From positions 2,897-66,896 of the forward strand of contig JALQXX010000004.1 in assembly GCA_023262965.1 (NCBI GenBank): DNA of 64,000 nt, in the 5' to 3' direction. This DNA comes from Candidatus Marinamargulisbacteria bacterium (GTDB lineage Bacteria > Margulisbacteria > Marinamargulisbacteria > UBA817). Below the pieces are notes generated by a model that did no database searches, was not told the origin of the DNA, and saw nothing but the letters and a program-made list of their open reading frames with translations. Shown piece by piece: positions 61,801 through 64,000 of this stretch (positions are counted from its first letter, which is position 1; the number at the start of each line of letters is the position of its first letter). The position numbers and the translations under genes are program-made.

Positions 61801-63781
61801 AGCACGTCACGTGTCGGATAGTGCCATTGTAGAACGCCACATTGCTTCTGGAACAATCGACGGCACGCGATTAGCAGACAATGCGATTGTACCCGCAAAT
61901 ATCGCCGACAAGGCCATTACTTCTGACAAATTAGCATTGACCGCCCCCCTGATTACATCAGAGCATATTATTGATGGCACCATTACGAGCGCCGATCTTG
62001 CGGATGGCGCGATTGAAGCAATTAATATTGCGGATAATAGCATTGGGGGAGATGCCATTGCATTAAATAGCTTGTCCGGATCACACATTCAAGAGAATGC
62101 CATAACCAGTGATAAAATTGAAGATTTATCGATTACAGCCGACGATATTGCCGATGACGCCATCGATGCCGCTATTGCTGTTGCTGTTGGGACCATCACC
62201 TCCGATAAAATCCTAGACGGCACCATTAAAAACGAGGATATTGCCAATGATGCTATTGATTCGCGTTTGATTGCCGATGGATCCATACCCTGGGAAAAAT
62301 TAACCACCGATCCACTCCCCGTGGATCGTATTGCCCCCAATTCCATACCGGGAACCGCCCTACAAGACGGGTCCATTGATGGCAGTAAAATCACCGACGA
62401 ATCGATTACATCCGATAAATTAGCCGATGGGTCTATTTCGGTCAATGCCTTGGATGGCGTCTTAAGTGTCGATAAAGGAGGTACCGGCTTAACCAATTTG
62501 GATGGATTAGCCAACGCCATTTTGTACGGCAAATCACTGACAACCGGCGAAACCATCATTGCCGGCGATAGTTCCTATATGTACTGGGATGACACCAACC
62601 ATTTTATGGGAATCAATACCAAAAACCCCCTAGCCACACTTCATGTTAAGGGCAATATTTTAACGGAAAATGGCGGCGTTTATTTTGGTAATCTCAGTCA
62701 ATCCATTAGCTTTGGTGAAAATGATAACGGCGAGGGATTTATTATTATTGGCCCTAATCTTGACGCTACATCCCCCACCGTTACAGCGGCTACAGACCCT
62801 TTAGGCACCCTTAAAGCCAAAAAAATATATGTATCCGACCAATTGGGAATTGGTACATCCGACCCTAAAAATAGCTTGGATATTGGTGGGGAAAACGCCA
62901 GTATGGCCATTGGATCGGGTTTTGCAGGACAAAAAAGAGCCCCTAATAATGGATTGATTGTAGAAGGCTTTGTAGGAATCGGCACCGCCGAACCTCAATC
63001 CCAATTGGATGTAAATGGCAGCATTTATGCCAAAACCATTGTCGGCACATCCACCGACCCTGATGGCGGCATTGGCATACACGGAATCGGTGGGGCTATT
63101 GGCATTCAATCCCTTGGCGCACAAACGGGCATTACTGTGAATGCCAGTCAGATTGGCATTCGTGCTGAATCCGATGAAATTGGGATTCAAAGTACCATTA
63201 CTAATGTCACATCCCCTTCAAAAGGGGTTCATGCCACATTAAAAAATGGGGATACCACACTGGTTGAAGGGGTTGTTGGGTATCTCGAAAATGGCATTGC
63301 GGCATCTATTTATGGAACCTCACAATCATCGAACGATGGAAATTGGGCTGGTTATTTTGATGGACCGGTTTTTTTATCGGACAAATTGGGTATTGGACTC
63401 CGTGCGGATGAATCCCCTCAGGCCGCATTACATGTTAAAGGCAACAGTATTATTGAGGGACCAATCTATACGTCGTATGGCACATTGGAGGCATCAAGCA
63501 CCCCTATTGACTGGAATGCTCAAAGCAAATATCACATCAGCAATTGCCGCACTGAAAACAACGTCACATTCACCGATCCAGAAAATGACGGCATGTATGT
63601 GTTCACTATTTTAGTAACCAGTACCAATGACGCCTGTAAAATTACATTCCCCGACACCGTAAAGTGGGAAAAAGGTATAAAACCCGGTACATTACCCACA
63701 AAAACACATGCTTTTTCATTACTTGCTCATGTTCACGATACCGGAACCGATTATTACGCCATTGGCCCTGTGGAATTTTAA
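58898..63781 (+). CDS. Giant secreted modular fibre protein (1627 aa)
   Basis: Signal peptide MNQNKIVLLVILTLLSFGIWSAS. At least 8 copies of a VGI(N/G)T..P...L.V.G module, two of them followed by FIGDGSQLTNI. A G/N/T-rich head-like block spans residues 531-650, and about 44 decapeptide repeats span residues 741-1187. The WAGYFDGPVFL motif is present. The C-terminal domain of about 105 aa holds the protein's only two Cys. Confidence 0.85.
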   Translation: MNQNKIVLLVILTLLSFGIWSASPSTMVVQARVFVNGVSNYTGTLDMIIGIYHPDNDTDSLWSEKQSRIPITNGQFSTVIGQTNPIDPAIFDNLDLRIGFAPYQNNQPLAPTFIDLKSTPYAFHSERANYANRLANESLLKLDETNLRVGINTEDPAYTLDVNGTVNATEFIGDGSQLTNIQISDERLVWSQSDTPGDIYYDGGNVGINTDTPSAFLEVSGNAVISGNLTVLGTLNATYLKGDGSFITNLNANELSSGTLHSDRLVGDYPNITGLGTITSGTWQATRIDNAYIDPTLTLDGATLKGENFVSGNITLLGSTIITGNHTLAIESPSWNIEADGRLTVASLRVGKTTLSTNGIHSESSNGFSISTGESIVFLSPTGSIGINTRAPAAEFHVNGGLLLGDSAVESNGMIRFKENQFQGFRNNEWVQLDYVADFDPHALHAEGDKTKNVVYVTSKGNVGIGGISPDNITDHLTTSGNVVFKGYSLGSELPDLSVRGTGTRLIWYPKKTAFRAGFADTDEWDDANIGINSVVFGHSGKADAENTTIIGGQSNTNSGKSSVIVGGSSNTIRDGVTFSTIIGGGSSSEGGNTIESGNFSTIVSGHSNTIRGNYATILGGSNNTVNADYSVAMGSNITIAHPGTIIFSDGQEKRESTSPFQFLIFAEGNVGINRLPQPDVTLSVYGPVEATYFIGDGSQLTNISAIQLDGHSTSLHSTPGHIYVSDNEGYLPEGSVSGLSIKDESITAADIQNESISGDKLVPYAITRSKIQDGAITAEKIANDAITTEKIQNNAITSEHIRDGSIVSKNIADNAVTTRHIVNKAVTNEKLALNTIDSSRIVDESITSSDIAVGAITSVNIAVNAIQSHHIASETVGPDNIANNAIQMQHISERAIENRHLADGSVDTTHIVNESITSEHIAPNAIQGIHIDDATITNDRIADNSIVSAKIAENAIEGTHLPDNIIEARHVSDSAIVERHIASGTIDGTRLADNAIVPANIADKAITSDKLALTAPLITSEHIIDGTITSADLADGAIEAINIADNSIGGDAIALNSLSGSHIQENAITSDKIEDLSITADDIADDAIDAAIAVAVGTITSDKILDGTIKNEDIANDAIDSRLIADGSIPWEKLTTDPLPVDRIAPNSIPGTALQDGSIDGSKITDESITSDKLADGSISVNALDGVLSVDKGGTGLTNLDGLANAILYGKSLTTGETIIAGDSSYMYWDDTNHFMGINTKNPLATLHVKGNILTENGGVYFGNLSQSISFGENDNGEGFIIIGPNLDATSPTVTAATDPLGTLKAKKIYVSDQLGIGTSDPKNSLDIGGENASMAIGSGFAGQKRAPNNGLIVEGFVGIGTAEPQSQLDVNGSIYAKTIVGTSTDPDGGIGIHGIGGAIGIQSLGAQTGITVNASQIGIRAESDEIGIQSTITNVTSPSKGVHATLKNGDTTLVEGVVGYLENGIAASIYGTSQSSNDGNWAGYFDGPVFLSDKLGIGLRADESPQAALHVKGNSIIEGPIYTSYGTLEASSTPIDWNAQSKYHISNCRTENNVTFTDPENDGMYVFTILVTSTNDACKITFPDTVKWEKGIKPGTLPTKTHAFSLLAHVHDTGTDYYAIGPVEF
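61118..62458 (+). repeat. Array of about 44 consecutive 30-bp (decapeptide) coding repeats inside the fibre gene
   Basis: In blocks of ten the protein aligns without indels from residue 741 to 1014: KIQDGAITAE/KIANDAITTE/KIQNNAITSE/HIRDGSIVSK/NIADNAVTTR/HIVNKAVTNE and so on. After a small register shift the period continues to about residue 1187. The DNA units are diverged at synonymous sites. Confidence 0.9.
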
Positions 63782-63783
63782 TT

Positions 63784-64000
63784 ATGAATCGATTGACCCC
63801 ATACACACAATCCATGTGGCGCACTATTTTAGTGGGATTGATCGCCCTAACGATTCCTATTGTTGCCAGTGCCCCCAATCGTATGGCTATGGATGCCTTT
63901 ATTGTAACAACCGATACAGCCACTGGTAACCCCGCCCCGCTACGGGGAACCCTCGCCATTATGTTTGAATTAATTACACCCGATGAAACCTCGGTTTTTA
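63784..64000 (+). CDS. Start of a third fibre-family gene (truncated by the window end)
   Basis: ATG lies 2 nt after the fibre stop (TAATTATG). The reading frame stays open to the window end: MNRLTPYTQSMWRTILVGLIALTIPIVASA (signal), then MAMDAFIVTTDTATGNPAPLRGTLAIMFELITPDETSVF. The post-signal layout matches the other two copies. Confidence 0.55.
   Translation, partial: MNRLTPYTQSMWRTILVGLIALTIPIVASAPNRMAMDAFIVTTDTATGNPAPLRGTLAIMFELITPDETSVF

Noticed and set aside
60358-63190. Chain of long minus-strand ORFs (60358..60738, 60413..60853, 61442..61840, 61807..62088, 62089..62559, 62698..62985, 62801..63190) inside the fibre gene
   Set aside because: The repeat codons (GAT, ATT, GCC, AAT, ACC and similar) have stop-free reverse complements, so antisense frames stay open by composition. 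The sense frame has the signal peptide, the exact 10-residue periodicity and recognisable motifs.
63642-63959. Track ORFs 63642..63959 (-) and 63708..63929 (+)
   Set aside because: They overlap the end of the fibre gene and the start of the next fibre paralog (63784..). The frame starting at ATG 63784 gives a clean signal peptide and family-like sequence; the others do not.
58898-64000. Interpretation of the fibre genes as a prophage tail-fibre module
   Set aside because: No integrase, capsid, terminase, sheath, tube, baseplate or lysis genes occur anywhere in the window. The fibres carry Sec signal peptides, and a paralog sits beside glyQS. Downstream sequence is not visible, so this is a provisional rejection only.

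Overview
This is a 64-kb chromosomal segment from a compact, moderately AT-rich bacterium (about 40-45% GC by eye, not computed). An Mla system, OMP-like barrels and RseP mark it as diderm. The lineage cannot be placed because the window has no rRNA. I saw no tRNA, CRISPR array, transposase, integrase or phage structural module. About 1.5-54.4 kb is mostly housekeeping: glyQS, DAHP synthase, polyprenyl synthase, gcvH, ABC-F, clpB, rplY, rpoD, mlaEFD, pyrF, fbp, aroE, thiC, bioB, SOD and peroxiredoxin, rpmG, rseP, tkt, ftsEX, aroK, miaB and mtaB, a proA-like gene, hemB, maf and mreB. Several less ordinary modules are embedded in it. These include an OMP / flavinylation-type FMN-binding protein / PepSY-TM triad. 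There is also a lipid-modification cluster with a DUF1365-CFA-synthase fusion next to the oxidative-stress genes. Further modules are an orphan 611-aa protein, a long MlaD with a beta-rich C-terminus, and a PTC7-like PP2C with a 12-bp tandem repeat and an NLS-like motif. The most unusual content is a family of Sec-signal-bearing giant fibre proteins. One partial copy lies at 1..1444 (minus strand, missing from the ORF track), a 1627-aa copy at 58898..63781, and a third copy starts at 63784. They combine reiterated tail-fibre-like knob modules, a head-like G/N/T repeat block and about 44 consecutive decapeptide repeats that include a histidine ladder. The 3' locus follows a small Ig-like secreted protein and a PorV/FadL-like barrel, and sits beside an ARM-like repeat protein and an orphan HExxH protein. 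Every functional call comes from motif recognition in the translations; no database search was possible.
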